From assembly GCA_963702845.1 (NCBI GenBank), contig OY969763.1, positions 608,001-672,000 on the forward strand: a DNA stretch of 64,000 bases, in the 5' to 3' direction. The notes below the pieces were generated by a model. The model worked only from the letters and a program-made list of their open reading frames with translations, did no database searches and had not been told where the DNA came from. The position numbers were made by a program, and so were the translations under genes. The first letter of the stretch is position 1. Each line of letters begins with the position of its first letter. Below are positions 40,941 to 50,364 of the stretch, in pieces. The stretch comes from an uncultured Verrucomicrobiae bacterium (GTDB lineage: Bacteria; Verrucomicrobiota; Verrucomicrobiia; Limisphaerales; Palsa-1400).

Positions 40941-42665
40941 ATGGACCCACTTGCCGAATTGCAATTACGTTACGAGCGGCTGCAAGTGCTGTATCAAGTC
41001 AGCAACGTCATCCATTCGACGCTTGAGCCGCAAGCAGCATTGCAGCTCGTCTTGCGAGAAGCTGTCCGCGTAATGCGCGCCACCAGCGGTTCAGTCATGA
41101 TGATCAATCCGACCAGCGGCCTGCTCGAAATTCAGACTTCGACCGGCCTGCCGACCAATGCGCCCGAACTCAGGCTGCGTGTAGGGCAGGGGATCACCGG
41201 TTGGGTGGCACAAACCGGCAAGCCGGCCTGCGTCGGCGACGTTCGCAAAGATCCGCGTTACGTCATGTTGCGTCGCGGGGTCCGCTCGGAATTTGCCGTG
41301 CCGATGGAAGTTCTCGGTGAACTGCGCGGCGTCCTGAATGTCGATTCCGATCGCGCCAACGCGTTCACAATCGCCGACCAGGAATTATTGCAGGAACTCG
41401 CCGTTCAAGCTGCGCGGGTTATTCAGAACACGTGGCTTTACGAGCAGCTTCGGCTGAAGACGCAGTTGTTGGAGACATTGGTGAGTGTAAGCCAAAGTAT
41501 CAACTCCGCGCTGAACGTGAACGAAGCGCTGCAGGTCATCACGCGCGAGTCGTGCAAGTTGATGCAGGCGAAAATGTGTTCGCTGTTGATGATTGATGAT
41601 TCGGGCGAGAACCTGTCTTTGCGCGCGAGTTTTGGAGCCGGTGCGGCTTACATCAACAAACCTGCGCTGAGTCTTGAAGAAAGTTTTGCAGGGATTGTTG
41701 TGCGGCGAAAAAAACCGTTGCAGTTGGACAACGTGCAGACGTCGGCTCGTTATCAGAACACCGAGATTGCGCGGAAGGAAAAATTATTCGCTCTATTGAG
41801 CGCGCCGCTGTTGTTCGGAGGCCAAGCCATTGGCGTGCTCAACGTTTACAAGGACCGGCCATATAACTTTTCCAACGAGGAAATCCACATCCTTTCCGCG
41901 CTGGCCGAGTTGTCGGCCATTGCCATCGAGAAAGCACGGCTCTACGAACGAGTGGTCGACGTGGAGGAGCAGTTGCGGCAAAACGAAAAACTTTCTGCTC
42001 TCGGTTTGCTCGCAGCGGAGGTCGCCCATGAAATTCGCAATCCGCTCACAGTGATGAAGATGTTGTATCACTCGCTCGATTTGCGTTTTCCCGCAGGCGA
42101 CCCGCGCATGAAAGACGACATCATCCTGCGCGAAAAAATGGAGCATCTGAACAAGTTCGTGGAGCAAATCCTCGATTTCGCGCGCAGCACCGAACCGAAG
42201 CTGACTGCAGTGAATTTGAATCAATTGATCGACGACCTCGGCCTGCTTACGCGTCACAAACTGCGCAACCAACAGATCCAGTTCATGCGCAAGCTCGAGC
42301 CCGACATTCCGAACGTCATGGGCGACGCCACGCAATTATCGCAAGCGTTTTTGAACCTGACGTTGAACGCCGTTGAAGCGATGCCTCACGGCGGTACGTT
42401 GACGATTTCCTCCCGTGCCATGCGCACGCCGCGATCGAGCAAAGAACCGCCTCACGTTGTCGTGGAGTTTACCGACACTGGCCACGGCATGTCTCCCGCG
42501 CAACGCGACCGCGCGTTCACCTCGCTCCTGAGCACGACGAAGAAAAAGGGAACAGGTCTCGGCCTGGCCATCGTGGCGCGAGTCGTTGAGACGCACAGCG
42601 GCAAAATCAAAATCCGCAGCACTCCCGGCAAGGGGACGACCGTCAGTATCGCGTTTCCGATTTAG
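40941..42665 (+). CDS. GAF-GAF-HisKA-HATPase sensor histidine kinase
   Basis: Two GAF domains; [29 protein letters not shown]. Confidence 0.92.
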   Translation: MDPLAELQLRYERLQVLYQVSNVIHSTLEPQAALQLVLREAVRVMRATSGSVMMINPTSGLLEIQTSTGLPTNAPELRLRVGQGITGWVAQTGKPACVGDVRKDPRYVMLRRGVRSEFAVPMEVLGELRGVLNVDSDRANAFTIADQELLQELAVQAARVIQNTWLYEQLRLKTQLLETLVSVSQSINSALNVNEALQVITRESCKLMQAKMCSLLMIDDSGENLSLRASFGAGAAYINKPALSLEESFAGIVVRRKKPLQLDNVQTSARYQNTEIARKEKLFALLSAPLLFGGQAIGVLNVYKDRPYNFSNEEIHILSALAELSAIAIEKARLYERVVDVEEQLRQNEKLSALGLLAAEVAHEIRNPLTVMKMLYHSLDLRFPAGDPRMKDDIILREKMEHLNKFVEQILDFARSTEPKLTAVNLNQLIDDLGLLTRHKLRNQQIQFMRKLEPDIPNVMGDATQLSQAFLNLTLNAVEAMPHGGTLTISSRAMRTPRSSKEPPHVVVEFTDTGHGMSPAQRDRAFTSLLSTTKKKGTGLGLAIVARVVETHSGKIKIRSTPGKGTTVSIAFPI

Positions 42666-43975
42666 ATAAACTCGTTGATCAGGTTCTCGAGAAATTCCTG
42701 GCGGCCGCTGCTATTCGGCGCAGCTTCGCCTTTCTTGAGCATGTATTTCTCGAGAGTTTCGAAACTGGCGCGACCGAGTTCGATGTCCTGGCCGATGTCC
42801 TTGTCCCACGACGCATAGCGCGCTTTGACGAATTCGGCGAGACGTCCGTCCTTGCGCATTGCGGCGGCGATTTTTAGGCCACGCGCAAAAGCATCCATGC
42901 CGCCGACGTGCGCGTGAAATAGATCGTCGGTCTCGAAACTTTCGCGGCGCACTTTGGCGTCGAAATTCACGCCACCAGTCTTCAACCCGCCGGCGTTCAA
43001 GATCGTTAGCATGCACTGTGTCGTCAGGTAAATATCAGTCGGAAATTGATCGGTGTCCCAGCCAAGAAGTGGGTCGCCGGTGTTGGCGTCGATTGAGCCG
43101 AGAGCGTCGGCCGCGACCGCGACTTCCAATTCGTGCTGCATCGAGTGGCCGGCAAGCGTGGCGTGGTTGGTTTCGAGGTTCAGCTTGAGATGATCTTTCA
43201 AGCCATACTCGCGCAAAAAATTCAGGCACGCGGCGGCATCGGAATCGTATTGGTGCTTGGTTGGTTCTTTGGGTTTTGGCTCGATGTAAAACTGGCCTTT
43301 GAATCCGATCTTCTTTTTGTGCTCGACCGCCATGTGCAAAAATTTGGCGAGGTGATCGAGTTCGCGTTTCATGTCCGTGTTCAGCAAAGTGGAATAACCT
43401 TCGCGCCCACCCCAAAACACATAGCCTTCGCCACCGAGTTCATTGGTGACCTCGAGCGCTTTCTTGACCTGCGCTGCGCCGTAGGCAAAAACGTCGGCGT
43501 TGCAGCTCGTGGCCGCGCCGTGCGCATAACGCGGATGCACGAACAAACAAGCTGTTCCCCAAAGTAAACGAATTCCGGTGCGCTGTTGTTCCTCCTTCAG
43601 GACTTTCGCAACTGCGTCGAGATTCTTATTCGTGTCAGTGAGCGACGCGCCTTCTGGTGCAACGTCGCGATCATGGAACGCATAAAATGGCGCGCCGAGC
43701 TTCTCGATAAATTCAAAGGCCACGCGCGCGCGATTCTCCGCGTTCGCAACCGAATCCGAGTTATCGTCCCACGGACGGAACATGGTCGGGCCGCCGAACA
43801 TATCCGCGCCACGTCCACGGAAGGTGTGCCAATAAACGACGGAAAAACGGAGGTGATCCCGCATCGTTTTGCCTTCGATCACCTCGTCGGCGTTGTAATG
43901 TTTGAAGGCTAACGGATTCTTGGACTTCGGACCTTCGTATTGGATTTTTGAAATTTTTGGGAATGCCTGAGACAT
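42662..43975 (-). CDS. xylA: Xylose isomerase (class II)
   Basis: [46 protein letters not shown]. Confidence 0.97.
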   Translation of the reverse strand: MSQAFPKISKIQYEGPKSKNPLAFKHYNADEVIEGKTMRDHLRFSVVYWHTFRGRGADMFGGPTMFRPWDDNSDSVANAENRARVAFEFIEKLGAPFYAFHDRDVAPEGASLTDTNKNLDAVAKVLKEEQQRTGIRLLWGTACLFVHPRYAHGAATSCNADVFAYGAAQVKKALEVTNELGGEGYVFWGGREGYSTLLNTDMKRELDHLAKFLHMAVEHKKKIGFKGQFYIEPKPKEPTKHQYDSDAAACLNFLREYGLKDHLKLNLETNHATLAGHSMQHELEVAVAADALGSIDANTGDPLLGWDTDQFPTDIYLTTQCMLTILNAGGLKTGGVNFDAKVRRESFETDDLFHAHVGGMDAFARGLKIAAAMRKDGRLAEFVKARYASWDKDIGQDIELGRASFETLEKYMLKKGEAAPNSSGRQEFLENLINEFI

Positions 43976-44205
43976 AAAAATTGAAATACGCAGCGAGTTT
44001 GGGGGCGATGATTCATTTCCGGCAAGAGAAAACAGCGGTGATATTGGACCTGCTTGTGCTTACAAATCCAACAATAGGGCAGTGGCTTTTGCAGTCGTGA
44101 GAAAATGAGGGGGCGCCTGGCGGCTGTTACTTCGGTGTTTTTGTAAGTGTCTTATTAGCAGCGTGCAATAAACGTGGCCTGCTGCGGGATTTGCAGATCT
44201 GTTGT

Positions 44206-44221
44206 TGGCACGGTTCCGGCT
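44206..44221 (+). promoter_or_regulatory. Possible sigma54 (-24/-12) promoter
   Basis: TGGCAC-GGTTC-CGGCT with GG-N10-GC spacing; -12 element imperfect. Confidence 0.45.
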
Positions 44222-44232
44222 TTATCTCAAGT

Positions 44233-44421
44233 ATGATCGCACGTGTAATACGTCTCAAAACCAAACGATCCAGCGCCCGCCGAGTTTCATTGGCGCGTCC
44301 CAATAGCTTTCGTCATACGGCAGAGCCGCAAGACCACCCCGCCTTTGGATTGCCTGATTCTTATCAATCATGGCTGAGCGACGGCGCTTCCAAAGAAATC
44401 GGTGAATTTTATCGCGCCTAA
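44233..44421 (+). CDS. Small hypothetical protein (62 aa)
   Basis: ATG at the predicted start site of the sigma54-like promoter; followed by a long hairpin. Confidence 0.45.
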   Translation: MIARVIRLKTKRSSARRVSLARPNSFRHTAEPQDHPAFGLPDSYQSWLSDGASKEIGEFYRA

Positions 44422-44481
44422 GAACGCGAAACATCCGTATCCGTTAGCTAAAGGAGTGTGGGGTACGGGATTTCGCGTTCT
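44421..44481. terminator. Long hairpin between convergent genes
   Basis: AGAACGCGAAA..TCCGTATCC pairs with GGGTACGGG.TTTCGCGTTCT. Confidence 0.55.
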
Positions 44482-44493
44482 GGGGCGCAACGT

Positions 44494-45846
44494 TTATAGC
44501 GCCGTTGGATAAGTTTCGGGAAGTTCACCTTCGTCCCATTGCGACGTTCGTTCCAAAGGTTCTACCGCCTGGGTTTCGTCAAAATGAATCACCGCGTCGA
44601 ATTGTTCGGCGAGGTTTGATGAAAAATAATGGCTCCAACGTTCCGTGTCGGGCCGGTAAACGACCCCAATCGCACGTTCCAATAATTCCGGCGCCAATGC
44701 GCGATACAGAGTTCTGTTATCACGAATAGTGAGCAGGAAATCCGCAATACCGACCTCATGAAACAATTCTTCATAACTGTCCCGGAGCGGTTCTCGCACT
44801 TGTTTGCGTTCGGCTGGGTCGCCCCAATCTGACGCGGCGGTGACAGTCCCGGTTGCGGTCGTAAATCCCACGAGAACAGTTTTATCTCCGTGCCGCTCAC
44901 GCATCAACTGGCCAATGTTTAACTCACCCCGATTGGTCATTTGGGTAGCCCGTGCATCGCCTAAATGCGAATTGTGCGCCCAGACAACGGCTTTCGGAAC
45001 TTCACCCTGGCCACGGAAGTGATCCATTAAACGATCGAGCGTGTTGACCATGTGCGTGTCGCGCAGGTTCCAAGTATTCGGACGGCCGCGATACATGGCG
45101 CGGTAATATTGTTCGGCGTTCTTTGCAACGAGCGCATTCTGTTCGGCAAAGAACAATTCATCGGCAGCGGCACGACCATCGCGGGATAGGAAGTCCATTG
45201 CGCGCTTTTGCAACTCGATGAGCTGTTCGACCACCACGTCTTCGCACGAGAGTGATTTGTGCTGACTCGCCGTTAGACCGTAGGAGTGCGCGTCGTCGCC
45301 GAAATGTTCAAAACAGGAGTATCGCATGCGCGCTTCCATGGCGGCTTCGGGATCCATTTTTTGCAGGTAACGAATCACTGCGTCGATCGAGGCGTGCAGG
45401 CTGTATAGGTCGAGACCGTAGAAACCAACTTTGCTCCAAGCGGGGTGATTGCTGGTGGTGGCATTGTGAGCGCGCAACCAGCCGATGAAACCAACCATAT
45501 CCGCATTACGCCACATCCATGTTGGAAAACGTTTGAAATCGCTGAGCGCTTCATTGGCAGTATCGTCCTGGTCGCCACCGCGAATGTATCGATTCACACG
45601 CAGTGCGTCTGGCCAATCCGCTTCAAGTACGATCACATTGAACCCTTTTTCCGTGATGAGCCGCTTGGTGATTTCCGCACGCGCGTTGTAAAATTCGTGT
45701 GTCCCGTGGGTCGATTCTCCGAGCAGAACAAATTGAGCATTGCCGATTATTTCGATGAGCGGATCGTAATCGGTGGATTCGCCCGTGATAGGGGATGCGA
45801 ATTCGCGAACGGTATCGGCAGTCTGATGCAAACTGAGCATCGCCAT
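44494..45846 (-). CDS. Erythromycin esterase family protein
   Basis: LGESTHGTHEFY, EADWPD, FPTWMWRN, GLDLYSL, WNLRD.HM, WAHNSHLGDARAT, RAIGVVY. Confidence 0.88.
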   Translation of the reverse strand: MAMLSLHQTADTVREFASPITGESTDYDPLIEIIGNAQFVLLGESTHGTHEFYNARAEITKRLITEKGFNVIVLEADWPDALRVNRYIRGGDQDDTANEALSDFKRFPTWMWRNADMVGFIGWLRAHNATTSNHPAWSKVGFYGLDLYSLHASIDAVIRYLQKMDPEAAMEARMRYSCFEHFGDDAHSYGLTASQHKSLSCEDVVVEQLIELQKRAMDFLSRDGRAAADELFFAEQNALVAKNAEQYYRAMYRGRPNTWNLRDTHMVNTLDRLMDHFRGQGEVPKAVVWAHNSHLGDARATQMTNRGELNIGQLMRERHGDKTVLVGFTTATGTVTAASDWGDPAERKQVREPLRDSYEELFHEVGIADFLLTIRDNRTLYRALAPELLERAIGVVYRPDTERWSHYFSSNLAEQFDAVIHFDETQAVEPLERTSQWDEGELPETYPTAL

Positions 45847-45911
45847 AAAACCTCCTGCTCAAACCTAAAACCATTTACGCGGTACGCAACGGGCAGGAAG
45901 GCGCAGCCCCT

Positions 45912-46598
45912 CTATGGCGTGACCGATTTCTCGTCGATTACTTTCTTGCTGATCAGCTTCTGAAGTTTCGGGCGGATGATGAATGCGCAGTAACCCTGGC
46001 TGCCGTGTGTATTGTAGTAGTTCTGGTGATAATCTTCGGCCGCGTAGAATTTCTTCAGCGGCACGATCTCCGTGACGATCGGGTCTTTATAATTCTTCTG
46101 CGCTTCTGCCTTCACTTTTTCAGCAACCTTCTTTTGCTCGTCGTCCGAATATAGAATGACAGAACGATATTGGGTGCCGACATCGTGTCCCTGGCGATTA
46201 AGCGTCGTCGGGTCATGCTCTTCAAAGAATACTTCCAGCAACTTGTCGTAAGAAATCTGCGCCGGGTCGAACTTGATTTGAATGACTTCCGCGTGACCGG
46301 TGTTGCCGTGGCAAACTTGTTCGTAGGTCGGGTTTTCTTTAGTGCCGCCGGCGTAACCGCTGGTGACGGATTTCACGCCGGGAATCCGTTGAAACACGGC
46401 TTCACCGCACCAGAAGCAGCCACCTCCGAACGTGGCGGTCTGCAGATTCTTTTCGGGCTCGGTGGATTTTTCAGGAGCGGCATTCATACAAATTGCAGTA
46501 GTTAAAAGAGCGCCAAGTGCCAGGATCAGCATTTCAGCTAGAGACCATCGGCTGAAACCGATCGATTCGAACTTCCGATATGTATTGGTGCACATCAT
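45912..46598 (-). CDS. msrA: Peptide methionine sulfoxide reductase A with signal-like N-terminus
   Basis: [43 protein letters not shown]; start uncertain. Confidence 0.93.
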   Translation of the reverse strand: MMCTNTYRKFESIGFSRWSLAEMLILALGALLTTAICMNAAPEKSTEPEKNLQTATFGGGCFWCGEAVFQRIPGVKSVTSGYAGGTKENPTYEQVCHGNTGHAEVIQIKFDPAQISYDKLLEVFFEEHDPTTLNRQGHDVGTQYRSVILYSDDEQKKVAEKVKAEAQKNYKDPIVTEIVPLKKFYAAEDYHQNYYNTHGSQGYCAFIIRPKLQKLISKKVIDEKSVTP

Positions 46599-46633
46599 CT
46601 GTTTGACTTGGGTCTGGACGAAACGTTCAACGG

Positions 46634-46846
46634 TTATTTAGGTTTGTCCATATCTTCTTCGTTCAGGTTTTCGAATTCTTTGAAATGATCGGGCCGCAAC
46701 GGTTCGGAAATTTTATTTTCTTCGCCGAGCCATTTGCCGAGGTCGACCAACTTGCAGCGTTTGGAGCAGAACGGGCCCCATGGCGTCGAAAGCCAGTCGC
46801 CTGCTTTTTTGCAAGTCGGGCATTTTATCTCGCGCGTGTTGGCCAT
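46634..46846 (-). CDS. yacG: DNA gyrase inhibitor YacG
   Basis: CPTC...[15 protein letters not shown]. Confidence 0.9.
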   Translation of the reverse strand: MANTREIKCPTCKKAGDWLSTPWGPFCSKRCKLVDLGKWLGEENKISEPLRPDHFKEFENLNEEDMDKPK

Positions 46847-46998
46847 GTCTAAAAACCTAATGCAAACCTCTCTCCCAGCAAAGAGACATTGCGCACGCTA
46901 GTTGGTGCGCCGGGGGGTTGGTCTCGACTTGGCTGAACAGTCTCGCGGCATGAATAAAAGCTTTAGCAAAAGCGCGGATTCCACTAAAATCCGTCACA

Positions 46999-49638
46999 AT
47001 GCGAGGTCTTTTTAATTCTGTTTTGGCGTTCGCTTTCGCGTCGTTACTCACCTCTGCGTCTGCGCTGACTATTACAACGCAACCGAAAGCGACCACTGTC
47101 AATGCCGGTTCCACCGCTACTTTCAGAGTGGTCACCACCAATGGGACCGTCACGGCTTATCGATGGTTCTTTGGGACAACTGCTTTGCAGGACGGCACGA
47201 ATAACTCCGGCGCCGTCATTTCCGGCTCTCAGACTGCAACGCTCACCATTGAAAATGTCACCACCAATCTAAATGCGGGCATGTTCAAGGTCGCCGTTTC
47301 CAACGCCGCGAGTCCCGTGGTAAGTATCGCCGCAAGGCTATCAGTGATTCGGGGCACGTTGGTGAACTTCGACGTGCCGGGTGTGGGAACTATGGTCGTG
47401 GAACTCTTCGACCACGACAAACCGGTTACAGTCCAAAACTTTTTGCGCTATTTGCAGAGCGGGTATTCAGGATTTACAAACTTCTACGCGAACGCGTTCT
47501 TTAGTCGGCTTGAGAAAGATTTCGTCCTGCAAGGCGGCGATTTTGCTCCGTATCCGATGGCGTTGGGCAATGCGTTTACGAACGTTTACTCCATCGCGGA
47601 CGTGGCTTTGTCCACGCTTAATGCTGTTGGGGGTGGATTGTTGTGGTATGTGAATAATGAATCGAGCGTTGGTCCGCACATACGCAACACATTCGGAACG
47701 CTTGCCATGGCAACGCCCGATGGATTTCCAAATCGCGCCCGTTCCACGTGGTTCTTCAATTTGGCCGACAATTCAGGTAATCCGCAAAATCTCGATACCA
47801 CTAACGGCGGCTATGCCGTGTTCGGACGTGTCGTGCAAGGCCTCGACGTGCTCACGACAATGAATCAATTGCCGTCTAACCAGATTATTTCGCACGACGT
47901 GACGACGCAGATTACGTCGACGATTTACGGCACAAACACCTTTCTAACTTTGCCGGTCAAAACCACCGATGCGAACAACGTCCACATTTCGGATCTGTAT
48001 CTCATCAACAGTTCGCTCTTGTCGCGACCGCTCTTCGATGTAATCAAACCCACTATTAAAATTACTTACCCTCCCGCGAATGCGATGCTGACGAATGGCG
48101 TTTTTACGATGCGCGGAACCGCAAGTGATAACGTGGGTGTGGCCGGGGTGTATTGTCAGAACCTGTTTTACCATGCTGTGGGACCTGATTTCTTGGACAA
48201 CGACGAGAGCCTTATCGGCCACATCTTTTTGACGGGCACAACAAATTGGTCCGCTGATGTTAATCTGCATCCGGGACCCTGGAAAATGATCATGACGGTT
48301 TACGACGGCCACGGCAATTGGTCGCAGGTTACCGAAAATTTTGTCGTCCTCAGCCCATTGACTGTAACCACAAGCGGCACTGGAACGGTTACGCCGAATT
48401 TGAATGGCAAATGGCTCGCACCCGAAACGAGATATTCAATGACAGCTACGCCGGGCCGCGGACAGTTGTTCGCTTACTGGAGTGGCGTGCGCAATGGCGA
48501 AACGTGGATATTTCCATATAATGACGACACATGGACTTTCCTTGGCAACGACAACTTTAAAAGCGGCCCGCAGCTTGGCCCCAAAGTGACGACGCCTGCG
48601 TTGAACTTCACGATGTATACCAATCTGACTGTCACGGCGAATTTTGTGTCCAACTACTTCCCGGTCGTGCAAGGAACCTATTACGGACTCGTCGCTCCGA
48701 CGGACCACAACTTCATCACTGTTTCCAATGCCGGCCTGTGTAAAATTTCGAGTGCCTCTGTCGGTTCGTTCAGCGGCACGCTGTCCATGTTGGGCAAGAT
48801 GTTTTCCTTTTCAGGGAAATGGGATTATGCCGGAAACGCGAACGGTGTTGTCATTGCGCGACCCGGAATCAGCAACTTAACGGCAAACCTGAGCATCGAC
48901 TTGAGCAATAATCTTGGGCAGGTGACCGGCACGATCAATGGTCCTGGCTGGACGTCTGACGTGAATGCATACCGCAGCGTGACTAAACTGACCACAAATA
49001 CTGTCCCTGCGACACGCAATTATGTCATGACCATTCCGAGCCAATCCGCGAACAGCGATCTCGGCGACAGTTTCGCGACCGTGAGCGTGTCATCCATCGG
49101 CACGTTGACGATTAATGGATTGATGTCCGACAACACGCCTTGGACCGAATCGGTCGGGGTAGGGCAGAGCGGCAACTTCCCGCTCTTCGCGTCACTATAT
49201 AGCGGACGCGGACTGGTGATCGGTCTGCAGGAATTCGCGGACAACAGCGTCGCTCGCTGGATCCGCCCGGCGATTTCAAATGCGTATTATACGAACGGTT
49301 TCTCGACCGGCGCGTTCTTCGACGGGCTGCATCAATACGTTCGCCCAGCGGCAAATAGCACCTACACACTTCGCTTTGGCGGCAATACGTTGACTGAAGT
49401 CGATTACTCGCTTCGTGTCAGTACTGCGGGACAATTCGTAGTGACTGGCGGTTCGGGCAAGGTCCCAACACTCGTTCTGACCGCAACCACTGGCGCAATC
49501 TCCGGCACTTGGACAGACAGCAATAACGGAAAATGGACGCTCAAAGGCGTTTTCCAGGATGCGTCGGCTGGTGGAACCGGATTTATTCTTGGACCGCACG
49601 GCCAAACCGGTTACCTGCACATCAACCCGACGCCATAA
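46999..49638 (+). CDS. Secreted Ig + cyclophilin PPIase + Ig + B-repeat protein with shared C-terminal domain
   Basis: ITTQP...TATF Ig; P.TVQNFL.Y, FSRL..DFVLQGG, GTLAMA, WFFNL.DN, YAVFGRV; GTASDNVGV; C-terminal domain from VQGTYYGL. Confidence 0.85.
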   Translation: MRGLFNSVLAFAFASLLTSASALTITTQPKATTVNAGSTATFRVVTTNGTVTAYRWFFGTTALQDGTNNSGAVISGSQTATLTIENVTTNLNAGMFKVAVSNAASPVVSIAARLSVIRGTLVNFDVPGVGTMVVELFDHDKPVTVQNFLRYLQSGYSGFTNFYANAFFSRLEKDFVLQGGDFAPYPMALGNAFTNVYSIADVALSTLNAVGGGLLWYVNNESSVGPHIRNTFGTLAMATPDGFPNRARSTWFFNLADNSGNPQNLDTTNGGYAVFGRVVQGLDVLTTMNQLPSNQIISHDVTTQITSTIYGTNTFLTLPVKTTDANNVHISDLYLINSSLLSRPLFDVIKPTIKITYPPANAMLTNGVFTMRGTASDNVGVAGVYCQNLFYHAVGPDFLDNDESLIGHIFLTGTTNWSADVNLHPGPWKMIMTVYDGHGNWSQVTENFVVLSPLTVTTSGTGTVTPNLNGKWLAPETRYSMTATPGRGQLFAYWSGVRNGETWIFPYNDDTWTFLGNDNFKSGPQLGPKVTTPALNFTMYTNLTVTANFVSNYFPVVQGTYYGLVAPTDHNFITVSNAGLCKISSASVGSFSGTLSMLGKMFSFSGKWDYAGNANGVVIARPGISNLTANLSIDLSNNLGQVTGTINGPGWTSDVNAYRSVTKLTTNTVPATRNYVMTIPSQSANSDLGDSFATVSVSSIGTLTINGLMSDNTPWTESVGVGQSGNFPLFASLYSGRGLVIGLQEFADNSVARWIRPAISNAYYTNGFSTGAFFDGLHQYVRPAANSTYTLRFGGNTLTEVDYSLRVSTAGQFVVTGGSGKVPTLVLTATTGAISGTWTDSNNGKWTLKGVFQDASAGGTGFILGPHGQTGYLHINPTP

Positions 49639-49639
49639 T

Positions 49640-50269
49640 GTGACCATTTTCATCGCGACGCGTAATGCGCATAAAGTCCATGAGATCCGTCAAATTCTTG
49701 GGGCGGATATTCGGTTTTTGACGTTGCGGGATTTGCCGAATGCGCCCGAAGTGGTGGAAGATGCCGATACGTTCGCGGGCAATGCAGTTAAGAAAGCAAC
49801 CTCGTTGGCTAAATGGCTCGCCGATCAACCGGAGATCAACAAGGGCGAATTGTATGTTCTCGCCGACGATTCCGGTCTCGAAGTGGACGCATTAAACGGC
49901 GCACCTGGAGTCCATTCGGCACGCTTTGCCGCGGATGACAAAACCAAAGGCAATTCTGCCGACAGTGCAAACAACGCAAAATTGCTGCAGTTGTTGCAAA
50001 AAGTCCCAATGGACAAGCGGACGGCGCGGTTTCGCTGCGTGTTGGCGTTTACACCGGTGGCCAACGCGCAGAGTGCCAGCACGTTCGACGGCGCTTGCGA
50101 AGGCCGAATCGAGTTGGCACCACGTGGAACGTCTGGGTTCGGCTACGACCCATTGTTCATCCCCAACGGCTACTCCCAAACTTTTGGAGAGTTGGGTGAG
50201 ACGGAAAAAAACAAGCTGAGCCATCGCGCCAATGCCCTCGGAAAACTGCGGTCGTCCCTAGGTAAGTGA
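49640..50269 (+). CDS. rdgB: dITP/XTP pyrophosphatase (Ham1)
   Basis: ATRNAHK, ADDSGLEVDALNGAPGVHSAR, GFGYDPLF, KN..SHR; GTG start. Confidence 0.93.
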   Translation: MTIFIATRNAHKVHEIRQILGADIRFLTLRDLPNAPEVVEDADTFAGNAVKKATSLAKWLADQPEINKGELYVLADDSGLEVDALNGAPGVHSARFAADDKTKGNSADSANNAKLLQLLQKVPMDKRTARFRCVLAFTPVANAQSASTFDGACEGRIELAPRGTSGFGYDPLFIPNGYSQTFGELGETEKNKLSHRANALGKLRSSLGK

Positions 50270-50281
50270 TCCCGTTTCAAA

Positions 50282-50310
50282 TTGACAACTGCACAGGAGT
50301 TCCTTTTAAT
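50282..50310 (+). promoter_or_regulatory. Sigma70 promoter
   Basis: TTGACA-17-TTTAAT upstream of ATG 50365. Confidence 0.55.
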
Positions 50311-50364
50311 TACGACGGCCAATTAGACACACGCTTGTCCGAGCTGAATGCAGTACCCCAAACA

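Noticed and set aside
44494..45846. Macrolide resistance gene
   Set aside because: Only family-level motifs; many chromosomal members of this family have no demonstrated macrolide activity, and there is no mobile context
46857..46998. Riboswitch or ncRNA upstream of the cyclophilin fusion gene
   Set aside because: Only short hairpins; no conserved riboswitch core recognised
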